From assembly GCA_009103225.1 (NCBI GenBank), contig RHPI01002533.1:214841-278840 (forward strand): 64,000 nt of DNA, given 5' to 3'. Positions 38,297-52,190 of the stretch are shown here, piece by piece. The DNA comes from Chlorokybus atmophyticus. Taxonomy: Eukaryota; Plantae; Mesostigma and Chlorokybus algae. The position numbers and the translations under genes are program-made. How positions within the stretch are numbered: position 1 is the first letter of the stretch; every line of letters starts with the position of its first letter. Under the pieces are notes generated by a model. That model did no database searches and had not been told where the DNA came from. It worked only from the letters and a program-made list of their open reading frames with translations.

Positions 38297-41200
38297 ATGT
38301 CCAAGTTCAAGAAGGAGCAGCGCCGCAAGAGGTGGGGGGAGGCCGGAGCTGTGTGGGCGGAGGATTATGTGCTGGAGGTGCTGAGACTCAGCAGCGCTGC
38401 GTCGGAGACGGACGATGCGGACTTGAAACAGCTGGCAAAGTCTTTGGAGGTATGCTGCATTGCATGCTTGAGCAGCTTGCAGTCGTCAGCCACGAACTTG
38501 GAGGCTGCGGCACTACCTTATCACATGTTGCGCATGCAACATATAGCAACACTACCCACATTGGGCATGCCGTTGTTAAGACTTAGACTCAGACTCAAGT
38601 ACTGGCGATTGGAGCCATCGTTCCAGCGTAGCTGTACGTCAGCAGTTGCCTGCAGGCATTCTGTAGTAACAGCGTACGTGCTGCTGTATTGCCATCCATT
38701 GCTGGCTCACAGCTATTACTAGGAGAACCATTGCTGCTGCCATTGAAGCAGCAGCAACAATGTGCACCGTTGTGTACCTTAGCTTTTGCGCTCAGCGCCG
38801 TTCCCTGTACGCAGGTGTTGATAGGATTGTCGACTACCTATGATGAAGTCGTCCACTTGCGAGCGGTGGCAGCCGCGTTCTCCTCCTGCGCTCAGTCCTG
38901 TCATCGCCAATTGCTCTCAGGCGCAATCACCTTGCTTGTGCAAGTGCTTTTTTTGGAAAATTCCAGGCCGCTCCACAAGGAGGTAACTCGCAAACAGAGC
39001 TGGCAATGCTTGTGGTATATTGCGCAATAGTACCGCGCAAGTCTAATCAGGCAGGGTTCTCTTGCACTGTGGTTGACGGCAGCTGTCGTGTTTGTCAAAC
39101 AGGTTCTTTCCGTGTTGCGGCGTCTGCCTTCTGCCTGGGTACAGGACATCGAAGCTGCCCTTACAGCCCAACTTGCTGCTGCAGCCAGCAACGAAGCCTT
39201 GTACTTCACGCTAGCCGGCCCTCTTGTCTCGCTCACTGCGTGCTCCCAGCCATATGCTGAAATCCCTTTGCGAACCACAAGCACACATTGCGCATCCGCA
39301 CTGTGCTTGGCAGGTATGATTGCGCATTTCATCAACAATGCAGCTCCTGAAGTACATGTGTGTTGTTGTGTGTCGTAACGCGGACTATTTCTGAACAGTG
39401 TCATCTGTAACTTCACAAGCGGCTGGCGGTGCGTACACACCTCGTGTACAAGCTGAAGAGTGTCAGGATGCTTTATCAGCACTGTACTACCTGTTGCACA
39501 GGTATATCACGTTATGCCTTTGAAGGTTTCATTTCCATGTCATGCTGTTAGAATCGGTCAATTGCTGGCCCACAGGTACAGCGAGCAGTTTATTCCAGAT
39601 CCAGAAGGTGACAATGGCAGAGCAACTGCACTTACATTGCTTGCCGACACATTGAGCGGCATTTTATCTACTACATACTTCACGAGGGAGAGCACTGTTG
39701 CTAGTGCTGTGTCGTTTATAGAAGCAGCATCACTCGGCTGTGCCGAGAAGGAAGCGGCTTTCCTGCTTGCACAGCTTTTCTTCCCGTCTTCGCACCGCAT
39801 CAATATGCCAGCCACTCTGTTTGAGGCGCATGCTTATGCGGCACGAGGTTTGTCACTTGCAAAGGTGATTGCAGAGTTTACGCCTTTCGGGTACTTGTGC
39901 TGTTTCAGAGCAATGCTCAAGGCATTACCGCTGGCAGTCTTGCTGCACCCAGTTTCTGCCATCCATACAGAGACCTGGACTCTGTTGTATGACGGTCTAC
40001 TGCCAGCGCTGTGCTCAGCGGTGGAGACAGCAATAGATGGCCACTTCAAGTACCATGCCATGACTGGTTTACAGATGTGTCTGCAGCATGTCAAAGCAGC
40101 TCAACTCCGCGTTGACGGTAGACCCTTTGTGAATATGTGACCTCGCACTTTGCTGAGAATGCATCCTTCAACAGCACACGTGGCTTGCTTGAAAGTCAAC
40201 TAGCTACTTGTAACTGTGAAGGTGCTGAAAGGATGCTGATGTGTAGCATCTTTGACAGGCCCTGAAGCTGTTGCAGACATTGAAAAGAGTGTTGTTGAAG
40301 ACCTTGGTCGCTTCACAGTGAATGGGGCAGACGAAACAACGCCTTGCATGGCAGCTCTCAAGCTTGCAGTCTCCAAGGAAACTGTGTCAAGAGTGTTGTC
40401 AGTTGTATGGAATAACTGGGAAGACCCAGCTGCCCAGGTAAGGTGTAGGTGATGGCGGTCTGCGTGTTCCAAGCAAGTCCACATTTGAATGCGCATTTGA
40501 AAGTTGCCTGCTCAGGATATGGTTCATCTCATGGACAGCATGTTGATGCGTGTTGCAGACAGTTCGGCAGGTGCAGCAAGTGTTTGAGCTGCTGCTGGAC
40601 ATTACTCAAGGGTTCGAGGATGGTCTCATGTTGAAGCAGCTTGCCAATGAGCTTGTTGCCATTGGGAGTCATCGAAAGGGCAAGCACATCACACTTGCAG
40701 CCGTTGTGCCGCGATTCGGGGCGACACAACTCGTTACGCTTGATCCCAACCTGATGCATGATGTGGTACATGCAATGAAAGAAGACTCCCTGTGCGGCGC
40801 TGTCTCCAACTTCTTGAAAGTAATTCTGGATCACCTCGCTATAGAGTGCAGGTACCTTCAACCTTACAAACAGACACTGTCAGGGTTGCTTGATGTTGAC
40901 AATGCTAGCATAGCTGGTGTACCTGTTATTTACATGTTGTCCGTCCGTTTTGTGTACAGCACCATGACAGGAGGTTGCCCAGATGACGGGCGTAGCTTCT
41001 GGTTGCCTGCTGTGCTCTCAGCATTGCTTACAGAGGACCACAAACTGCGACTGAATGTCAGCACATACGCGCTTCCAATTGCACTTGCCAAAGGTCCAGA
41101 AGTGTTAGTAGCGCTTTTGAAGGCTGTCCTGGAAGGGCCAGATACTCAGAAGGCTGCAGCTTTGGTGGCTGTGTTAAAGGTACTGCACTTAACATTTCGT

Positions 41201-44200
41201 AAACGTGTTACTCTCCCCTTCCCCCCTCCTCCTGCAGAGCAGGGTCAGTTGACATTATTCGTTGAGCACTGCACCGGTTTGCATTGTTCTAATGTTCACT
41301 CAAACAGGAGAGCACCATAGTGTCTTGGTGCTGCAACGCCGCACATGACATGCCTGCGCTTGACACGTGTTTCTGTGTAGTCATGGCTTACATATCTGAT
41401 TCAGTAGGTAGGCCGCAGTCTGCGAATGCTGGACGAGGCTTCCATTGAGCGCGTGACACAGCATGGCCAGACCCTTCTTGAAATCCCGTTGCATGTCATT
41501 CAAGACGCAGCCATCAGCTCATCAGAGGCACTACGCGCAGACGCTTTGGAACTACTTTGTATTAGCGCCAAGGCGACCGCCTTACCGAGTCTGCTCGACA
41601 TGTACGAGTGTGCCATTGTTATTGTGCTGGCCATGGTTATGCGTAGTGAAGGGTGTCAAACACGTTGATAATGCAGGCAGCTACTGTCACAGACAATACC
41701 ACTCAACCTCCGCCCATCAGGAGGCTCCTTCCGCCAAAGGTGGTCAGCCGTCTTGAAGAAGTTTCTTCTTAGGCTAAAAGAAAGCCTGGAAAGAGTGAGT
41801 CATGCTCGAAAAGTGCGACTTCAGCGTGGCGTTGCAGGTACCCACATTACAAGTAGCTGCGCACGACTTCACCTTGCACCTTGCACGTTGCAAGCTTACT
41901 CGCCCAAATGCTGCGTCTGGTAGATGAAGATGTAGACTCTGCAGTGTCAGCGGAGGAGCAGCACGCACACGCTGTATGGGAGTTTTTGCGCTGGTTGTCG
42001 CGCCTTTTTTTCGCTTCTTTGTACCCGACTGCTCCATACGAGCGCAAGCTGATGGCCATTGAAATGCTCAACACCCTTGCAGAGGTCTGCTCATTGTTAT
42101 TGCATTGCTCGCATTGATATCGACTTGCAGGTCCTGTCCACTTACTTAGGGGATGTTGCTGCAGTTCTGGACTCCAACAGAGTTTGCTGCGACTCTGACA
42201 CATCCTGTGGAGCATGCTGGCGAGCACACCTTTCCATACAGCGCCGCTGCGATGGAGCCCGCCACGCTGCACATGCTGCTGTTCAACATGCTGCAGAGTT
42301 TTGATCGTCTACGCGATGGAGCGTATCAGCTACTCATGAAGTACCCAACTCCCCTGCCAGGCTTAGAAAGCCCATCGCAACTGCAACCAATTGTTGCATG
42401 GGCCAAGAACATGCTACTCAGTCCGCGTGTACGAGAGGGGGATGCTGCAGCCCTGGTGCTGAAGCTTGTCTTTCAAAAGTATGTTGTGTCCCTCGGTTGG
42501 GTGATCAGCCTGCACCCAAAACCACAGATACAGGAGCACTGTGTCGACTGCAGCGATGCTATCAGCGCGTGGTTATCAACCCTCTTGGCCAGTCTTGATC
42601 ACCAAATTCAGCTGGCAAGACAGGGTAAGCGATCTGCTTCATGCTTGTGTCGTGTCTGAAATCTTCTGAAGCAAGCAATGCACAGTAAAGTTTTGAAGAA
42701 GGCAGTTCTGTCGTTCACAGCCTGATGAATGTACTTGGTGGCTGCAACAGATCTTCTTGCATCCTGCAACGGAGGACTTGTGCATGGGCTTCTGCTGCTG
42801 ATGCGTTACTCGCTGGATGCGATCAACTGGACAGCTGCGGTTACTAGTAGAGCCATCAGCTCACTGCGTGATTACATGGCACAGCTGTTGGTACTGCTCC
42901 CGCAAGCGACAGAGCTGGCTTCTTGGGCCGTGAGCTCTAGCAGGTTCAATGTCGCCGAAAGTTTTGATGACTTTGACAACGAGGTTGGTAGCTTGTGCAC
43001 AGATGTCGTGTGCAAGCCATAGCTTGCAATCCCCCCTGGTTGACTCAACGCAAGGTTTTTACCTTGTTGTGGTGCGGTTCTGTCATCTGTCAGCACGTAT
43101 TTACATTATGCTGCCTTTGGTGCAGGATGCAACTGAGTCCTTTCATGAAGGCGGTCATGCAGAAACGCATGGCCAGGAGCAGTCGCTTTCCAGCATTGAT
43201 GCGCAAACCGTTTTAGTTGCAAGCTGGCTCTCTGTCAAGGAAGTCAGTCTTGTGCTGGGCACCATGGCACGCAAGTTGCCAATTCAGTCACTACCTGCCA
43301 CAGGCAGTGCTGAGGGTGGTGCATCTTGGGTACTGGACTTGGCACAGCTTAAGGCTATGGGGGAGCTTCTTGTAGGCGTTTTGCTTGTGCTGAAACACAA
43401 TGGGGCAGTGGACAAGGCGCACCTGGGTCTTGCTGCTTTGTGTGAGCGGCTGCTGCAATCTGGGAGTGCTGAGCTGAGTCGTCTGCCGGCGCAGTGGGTT
43501 GGCAATCTGTTCGAGCGGATCATGCAGCCAGGCCAGTCCCTTACAGACCTTGTGAGGAGAAGCGCAGGGCTGCCTTTTGCTTTTGTCTCCATCTTCACTG
43601 CAGAGCCTGAAAGTAGCCCAAAGGTTCTGCTGCCCGGAGCCATGGACCAGTTGCTCGCGTTAGCAACTTCCCAGGCATCAGACTACTTTGTACCACAAGT
43701 GCACGCGTTCAATGTGCTGCGGACAATATTCCAGCACTCTCAGCTCTCGGCTGATACGTCAGCCTTCTGCGCACCGGCTATGGAAGCCGCTATTAGAGCA
43801 TTCACTTCCCCGGCTTGGCCAGTTCGCAATGCAGCCACCCTTGCATTCACTGGCCTTGTTCATCGCACAGTCGGTTTCAAGAACCTTCAACAGCAGGCCT
43901 CAAGCCGACATGCGATCACTGGCTCTGAGTATTTCCATCGGTACAAACCTCTGCACCCTTTCTTGGTGTCTGAGCTGCATTGTGCCACACAGCAGCTAGT
44001 CCAAGACACAGCTGCCACCCCCTACAGGCAAGTTACTCGTGGTGCATGATGAGGTGTCTGCCTTGCACTGGAAAGTATGTGGTGACTATTGATTGCCAAT
44101 TGCAGCTCGCAGCCCCATCCCAGCTTGTACCCTGTTCTCATTCTCTTATCTCGCCTTCGCCCATCGGCAATGACCATCACAGAAGACCCGTTCAGTCCCA

Positions 44201-46166
44201 AAGCATTCCTTGAGGATGTGAGCAGCTGCGCCATGCAGCGCAACTGGCAGATTCGTGCACTTGCAGCCAGAGCACTTGCCCCTCTTGTTGCAGACAAGGA
44301 CCTGTTGGCGTACTTGATCAGGACGGCACATGGTCTGCCAGCTGCAAGCACACGAGGCATTGATTACAACAAGACGCATGGCCTTCTTTTGCAAATGCAC
44401 GCGCTTTTGCAGCAGAGTGGTGGTGTCATCGCTCAGCACAGCGCTACAAGCGAAGTGACTGAGTTTATTGACGTGGTCTCGGGCAAGTCTTGGCTAGGAT
44501 CGTTATCATCCTGCCCTTGCCCTACTATCAGTGCGGCATACATTGCGGTCCTCAATGCCGTAGCTGGCGCTCTGGGAACAGATCACGCAGTTAGAGATTT
44601 GATCCTGAGGCTGTGTCAGGAGACACTTGCAGTACAGGACCAACACGCCTGGGATTCAACTTGCATTGACCTCAGGAAACAAAGCACAGCAATCTTCTTG
44701 ACAAATGCTGTGCACCGCAAAGTCAGCATCACCGGCAGTTTGACCATTGTTGTAAGGAAGTGCTTAGCAGATCCAGCATACGAAGTGCGAGCTTCAGCTT
44801 TGCGTTGGCTACGCAAAACGCCCTACGTCGTCCTCAAGGATGCCATCGATGTTGCTGTCATTGCGCGCGACCTTATAGAGTGCCTGCCCCAGGAAGAGGT
44901 GCCAAAGTGTGCCCGTCGACTGCTACAGGCGAGTAGCTGGCCTGTCGCGAATCCTATTGCTGGCACGGTCATATGTGTTGTGCATATACACCCATTGCAT
45001 GCATCGTGTTTGCTGGTCATCTCCTTGACACTTTGTCGTCATCACTAGTACTGCTTATGCGGCCTTCAGGCAAGTACATACTTGTACTGTTTGTAACCAA
45101 TGCCTATAAACAGGTGCTTTTCGTGTGGAGTGTGGACAATACTTCCAGTTCTCTGTTCCAAGGCATGATTTCTTGGCAACAGCTTTGGCAGCTCCTGCAG
45201 CAGACCTTGGCAACCGCACGGCAGCCTGGGCTTCAAGAAGCAGCATTACGCTACCTGGGCATTTGCCTGCATTACATGACAGCCGGCAGCACGCCAGCAG
45301 TATCCCATGAACAGTTGAAGACATGGTGCGAATGCATCATGACATATAGTGCTGCGCGACAAACTGCAAGCATGCGTCGAGCGGCGGTTGACGCCATACT
45401 GGCTTCCAACATGCTGCATTTGTTGTTAGTTGCCAAGTATGCGCCAGCTGCACTGCTGACCTGGCAAGTAACCCTGCATGTATGTGGCGATGAGAACTAC
45501 GACACACGTGCTGCTGCTGCGCGCGCGCTGCATACTGCAATCAGTGCTCCTGGCACGCCACCTCCCCAGCTTGAAAAGGTGTTAGAGGCAGCATTTGCGC
45601 ATTTGACATCGCATTGCAGTCTACGAGGTGAGTTGGTGGAGTTCTATGCCGGCTGGATTCTTGCAGACGGTGCATCAGCGCTGCAGCGAGCCGGTCTTGA
45701 AACAGATCGCACCTTTGAAAAGGACTCGGACAACGAGTATGAGGAGCACTTGCACTTCGTGCAGCTCGCGGCACAACAGCTGCGCGTCATGGCGGCAGGC
45801 AGCGAGGATGAGCGCATCCTTGCTTGGCGGCACAAGTACCTAGCTGAGCTGCAAGCCTGCTTGCCACAGCTGCGCAGCCAGCAAGAGCAGCATCACTGGC
45901 TTGAGGCGCTGACCAATAGCCCTGAAGTGTTCCTCGTGTTGTACCGTTTAACTATGGGGCTGTTCGCTGTTGGGCAACCCACAGCCTCAGCGGCATTTGT
46001 TGCACGGCTGCACGAGACGGTATCTTCCCTGAAAGCTCTTCACCTCACTGCCGTCTTGCAGTTAGTCCTCAGCAGCGCAATGTCGGCTTACAAGGCAGGT
46101 TACCAACTGTCAGCCAGTGAATTGCATGACCTCTACTTCCTACTCAGTCCTGCAATGCCCGCTTGA
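38297..46166 (+). CDS. THADA: THADA / Trm732-like tRNA (32-2'-O)-methylation regulator (ARM repeats, DUF2428)
   Basis: RRSAGLPF, LKHNGAVDK, VPQVHAFNVLRTIF, WPVRNAATLAF, FHRYKPLHPFL and LYPVLILLSRL motifs in a long multi-exon helical protein. Confidence 0.9.
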
Positions 46167-47167
46167 TTGGCGCCACTCTGCTTCTTTCACTGAAAGTCTG
46201 CAAGTCACCAAGTTGAGCTCAACTTGCCTCGATATGGCATACCTGAAGCAGCCATGATGAGTGGCTAGTCTTGCGGAGTCAGTCAAGACGAGGCGTCGTG
46301 GAGGTGAAGGCGAGCTGGTAGTGTCTGCTGCGTTGCCCTGCCAGTCTTTTCATGCAGCCAACGCAGCAACTCCTGCGGATGAACCCATCGCTTGTCATAG
46401 TAATTGGTTATTTCTGTGTGACCCTGCTGCAGTGACTGCACTGCAGCAGAGTCACATGGCGTATATGGTCATTGCGGTCCAGTGGCTGTGTGTAGTTGTG
46501 TTTTGCTCTGTGAACGTTGTGATGTATACGAAAGTGACAGTTTTACTGATACGTGTACGCTTGCTTAACTATACTGCATCTGTCCGGACAGGCAAAATGA
46601 GTTTCGAAATGTCATTTCATTGCCCAACATCCTTCCTGGTAGTTGAGCTCGTCTGGCTTGCTGGAACACAGACCATAGCCAGCCACGCGTCTTGTGATTG
46701 AGCGGCTGCATGCCCAATGCGTTGTAGCCATCCTGTTGACGTGGTTGTTTCATGAGTGCACCATGTCTACAACACACTCGTCACAGAGGCAACCACAGGA
46801 TAGGAGTAGTGTAGACTAAGTGCTAGCCCGGTGGTGAGTTATATGAAGCGTGTTGCGTGCATGACGACGTGATTGCTAGCACACCATGCATGCGGACTTG
46901 GTGGCATACCCCTTTTGTACAGTCAATTGTTGTCATGTGCGCAAGACAACCGGCAAGCAGCTGTCGTCGCGTTGTTGGAACTAATCAAACTGGAGCTGCA
47001 CCATCTGTATAGACAACCTTTGCTCCCGCTCAACTCCAATCTACCAATACAACCTACACAGTCAGTCAATCCACACGCAACCCAGGAGCTCAACACTAGC
47101 GGAGCTGTACAAGTCAATGGTCGCAAACCTACAACAAAATGCACTGCCAGTACAAGCCAACCGCAAA

Positions 47168-50100
47168 CTAGGAATCTGCCCCGGTGATGATTCGCACAAC
47201 CATGGTCAAGCGATCCATTGCCTTCGAGTACGTGTATATCCAACTCAACACGAGAGCCGCGTCGTCGTAGTTGTGCAGCGGCATATCAGTAAACTTGGGG
47301 TGGCACTTGACGCACGCATGGAGCAGCTTCCTGCGCTCCAGATATTGCCTGCGCAGCTCCAACCGCGCGGCCTCCAGCTCGTGGATGCCGGCGCTGGCTC
47401 TGGCTTTGATGTCTTTCTTAGACACACTCTCATGCGTGTGCTCGACGCTGCGAAGCATGTCCACCGCAGTCTTCACCATTCGCTCTGCCGCTCGCGACAC
47501 CTCCGCAAATTGCGGCTCCAACGGCCCTGTGAGAAAGCGATGCAAGTCCCCGTTATACCTGCACAGAGTTGGGGAGTCAGTAACCTGTGATTGGAAGATG
47601 TATCAGCAAACGCAAATCTTGTACAACCGGGCCAAACTTTTGACCAAGCACTAACAGTTGAGCTCCAAGCTCACATGCCTTGTACTTGCCTGCCAGTGAT
47701 TATCGGAGGCCGCTTGTTGACAATTGCCATAGCCGCCAGTCGGTCGGACAAGACCAGCATGCCGGCAAGGGTTTGAGCGACAATCGGCGGCATGGCCAAG
47801 GGTCCTCTCTTCCACATGACGGCCTCCCTTGCGAGGATTAGCTGCACTGCGCTCAGGGGAGCAATCAGCGCCGATTGCACGGAGAAGTTTTTCCACTCCG
47901 GTGGTGGTGGTGGTGGTTCTCTGTCGTGCTTGTCACTGGCAACAGCAGGTTCATTAACTTCAGCGCCAATGGAGTTGAACTCGTCGTGGAAGATGTCAAC
48001 CGTGTTTTGGCCTTTCTCAAGTGTTTGCGCGAGTGTCTCCAGCGCCTCATCGGAAGCATACCATGGCAGGATGAGGTTGCTCACCAAAATGGCAAACACG
48101 GCGCCGATGGTCATCTCCAGCGGCCTCGCAACGGCCCACTTCCAATTGCCGGTGTCGCCTGGCTGCGGGGTGTACTGCTGGAGTGTGAGAGTGTAAAGTG
48201 TGATAATGAACAGGAAGACCGCGTACATGAACTGCGTGGACAAAAAGAGACCCATAACGAAGGTGATGACGCTGAGGATGGCCCCAAGTACGATTGGTTC
48301 TGATGCGATGTCCACATTGGACATGAGGCCGTACGCGATTGCCGCGGCAATGATCGTGGCGATGATGCGCAGCAGTGCACGGAGCACCGTCGTGTCCACC
48401 TTTGGAAAGATTGTCAGCACGACGCAGAAGTAGGCCCAAAGGGGCTTCCAGTCCGAGACGGTATGGATGTGTTGAATGCTCAGGACCACAACGACCACTG
48501 TGGCGGTGCAAAGCCACCATTTGCATCCGAACTGAAAGTTTCTGGACCGCAGCGTTCGCTTGAAACTCTCACTGGACTTCAAGTTCTTGGGCAGGTGATG
48601 GAAGAACACAGTAAACCAGCGCTCGATGAGTGCATAGCAGCTCAACGCCTTTGCATGCGGGACCACGAAAGAGAAGTTGGCTTTCAACCAGTGCTGAACC
48701 TTCTGCCACAGGGTTGCTCCCTCCTTGTCCAGAGGCTGATAGTGTGAATTCTTCACCGCCTTCTTTACGGCAGACTCGAGCTCCTGCAAATCTATTATGA
48801 TCTGATGCGTCACGATTGCGGTGAAGATGAGCGCTCGCACTTCCGAGGTCGGCGCTATGACTTGCCCATCCTCTTTAAGTACCTTGCAATCACCGAGTCA
48901 AGAGTTGTAACACAACCACCAAAGCTTGACAAGAAGCAGCACTACAAGAGGACACTTGCCACTTGACTTGAAGTGATACACTACATATATGAACTACACA
49001 CACGCAGCAAAAGACACATCATATCTACACACACACGCGCACACATGTGTGTGAAACTTCTCGTTTGCATATAGACACACAGAGCAAGCAAACAAGAGAC
49101 CAACTTGCTGCTTTTGAGTAGAAGTGGCCCACCTGTGCCCAGTATCTATCAAATGCCGCTTTTAGGCCAGCAGTGTGCACGTCCACATACCGCTGCCAGG
49201 CCACGCGCTTGACTCTGCAGAGCGGTGAAAATCCCGTGCGGTTTGCATCGCCTCGCACAATGAACGCCAGTCCGGCACAGACGGCAGCCTGCAAGCTTTC
49301 ACATGTGAATCACACTTCGAGCAAGTGTTTCCTCACGTTTGCCAGTGAGAGTGCGAGCACACCATGTCGGCGTAAAGGTAGCGTATCAGCGGTATCTCAT
49401 CTTCATGAAACCACTTGAGAAGCGTCCTGGTGTGAAAATGCCTGCCACCTGCACTGTGCAATCAGCTCGTTGCCATCAATGTAACACGATAGCTGCATCC
49501 ATAAAGCTATAATCCACCACAACCACGACGTGAGGCATCAAGATAACCAGAACGCACCTTCCAGCACCATCTCCAGCGCAGTCACCGTTGTGATCAACTT
49601 GTTGACAGCCTGCAGTACTGGAGTTGTTACTCCACTTGTAACAACGGGAATCGTTGACAAAGATTGGCAAAAATACACAGAACACTATGCCTGGATGACT
49701 GGGTTCCACTCGCTGAGGTTGTAGATACCGTCCACCCATGGGGGCTCCATGGCGGCAATCCCGAGCGCCAGCTGCGCTTTGGCCACGTCGGGCCGCAGCG
49801 TCGCGACGTGGAAGGCCGATGATGGTGACCGGTCTTTCCGGAGCTGCTCCGGGGTAGACAGGCTCCGCAGGGTATCCAAGAACTCATCGTCCGCTGGCTC
49901 ATGGCGACTGCTCCAGCGAACCATGCCTGCATACCACAACCATGAACGCGTTGACAACATGCATTGGCTACACACATAACAATGTATTGGCCTGAGCAGT
50001 TGTACTGCCAGCGATGCAATGCAGAACGACTGATGTGTGGTACAGTAACTGTACAATTGCTGTACCATCACAAAAGCTCCACAGCACTAGCAATACACAT

Positions 50101-52190
50101 AGTGAGATAGAGCCAGACTGTGCATGCCCATGGTGCTCGTTAGGCAGCGTGGGGCACACAACATGCTTGCAAGTACTCCTGACCACAAACGCATGTGCTA
50201 ACTCCCCACGTCTCTGACCTGCATACTGGCGTTGCTGAGTGTCATCGTCCAGTAGGAACAGCTGGCTGCCGTACTCCGACACGCCGAGTCCCAGCCGCAC
50301 GAGGACTTTGGCGAGGGTGTCGCGCAGGCCGCGCGAGGCGGGAAGAGGGAACACGAGGGTTGCTGCGAAGGCTGCCGACCCGCCTGCGATGCAGGTCGCA
50401 AGGACCAGCCACCCGACATTCTTCCACAGCACGCGCGCGGGCCAGGTGTACTCGAAGGAGATAACCGCCACGCCATACACCAGCCCGCTCAACAGGCCTG
50501 CCGACTGCCCCTGCGGTGTCGTCAACGAACGCACCACCGCGATCAGTGCGAGTCCAACGCACGCGAGGAAACACAGCCACGGCACGAAAGCGCCTGAAAG
50601 GCATCAGCAACGATGTCAGCAGTCAGCCGAGCTAAAGGATGCATTGGCATGTATGAAGGGAAGGGAAGTGATTACACTTGTTACCAAAATTGTTGCTTGG
50701 TTTGTCAAGTATGCAAGTGCTCGTGTTTACGCACACGCATCAATGTGCTGTTAGAGCATGCCAGAACACCGATGTGCGAGCACATTTGTCAAGCAATGTG
50801 CTCTCTGATGCTGTTGTCTGACCTGGCAGTACGCGTGCTAAGGACACAGTGGAACCGCCAAAAGGCGTAGAGAAGGCGGAGTAACCAATGGTAGATGCAG
50901 CAGCATAAAGCTTGCCTGGACGGCACACGGTGATAAGCAACGTCACACACGCACGCGCACACACGCGTATGCTGCAACAGTCCAGCAGTCCAGTATGTCA
51001 ACAGCCCTCATCACCTCCCCAATATGGAGTTGCTTGAGACAGAAGGACCATAGGCACGAGGTACAGAATCGGGGCCAGGAAGCTTAAGGGGAAGCGCAGC
51101 GGATCTACCAGCACGAACAGCATTGCCACCAATGCGCCCGCCACCAGCTGCGCAACACCCACAACAGTCTCATTACCCATCGCTTTTGGTGTGAATCCAG
51201 GCATGCATCCGACTGAGATGATCAGCTTACAAAACACAAGCATGTGCTTTGAGAGCCCACACCAGATACCTGTGCCGAGAGTTTGACCTCCATCGAGTTG
51301 ATGCAGCGCTGCAAAGGGGTGAGCGCACGCCAGAGGCTACTCCTGTCCAGCGGCTTGGCCTTGAGCATCTGTGCGGCGGGCTTTTCAAGGAGCACTTTGT
51401 CGCCACCATCACCATCACCACCACCACCACCATTCTGTTTGATGATGATCACATGGTGATCAGCAGCCTCTTCCTTTCCACCCTGCTGCTGCTGTTGTTC
51501 AGCAATCAGAGGTGGTGCCTTGCCATCGCCTTGGGCGGCCTCTCCTGCCTCAAATGAATCGGCGGCGCTTTGTTCATCCGTGTCAAGGTCGACCTCCCAT
51601 CCAAGTTTGTATGTTGGCAACAGCGACTTGGTGGTCCCAATTCTGTGCGGAACAACACCTGCAGCGCCCTCGGCTGCCTGTGTAGCAGGCTGGCTGGGTG
51701 GATTGCCACGCCCGAGCCCCTGCATCGTAGTGGGATAGTCACCAATTGCAGCGTCAAACCATATCGACCACGTTGCAGTGTCAAATGCAATTCTGCTTGC
51801 TGCTGACAATTGGTCGTACAGAGCTGTATGTGACTCGAGGTGACATGCTGCCAAGCATACACAAGGCGGGGAGCGTGCACATGCATGTGTGCATGTTAGT
51901 GTTTGCGTACACGTGCGTGGGTATGTGCATGCGCTCGTGCACAAGTGCATATGCGCGTGTGCGCGTGCTCCAATGCGCATGTGCGCGTGCTCCAGTGCGC
52001 ATACACGTGCAATGACGCATGCGTGTGCAAGTGTGTCCTGCTTGATTGCTCTGTGCTGTAGTGACATACACGCAACTGCAACTCGCTGATGGTCTACATC
52101 CAGACATGACTTGTTGCCACAACCACACTTCGCCATGCTTACAGCGCTTACTTGCTCTTGAGCGTCATCGTCATGCTGCGAGTTCTCCAT
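47168..52190 (-). CDS. Aromatic acid exporter / ALMT / FUSC-family membrane transporter with two hydrophobic blocks; 5' end uncertain
   Basis: RNFQFGCKW, LWAYFCVVLTIFPKVDTTVLRALLRIIAT, ARPLEMTIGAVFAILVSNLILPWYAS, and a first TM block ending ATLVFPLPASRGLR. Putative first exon MENSQHDDDAQEQ|gtaag. Confidence 0.75.
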
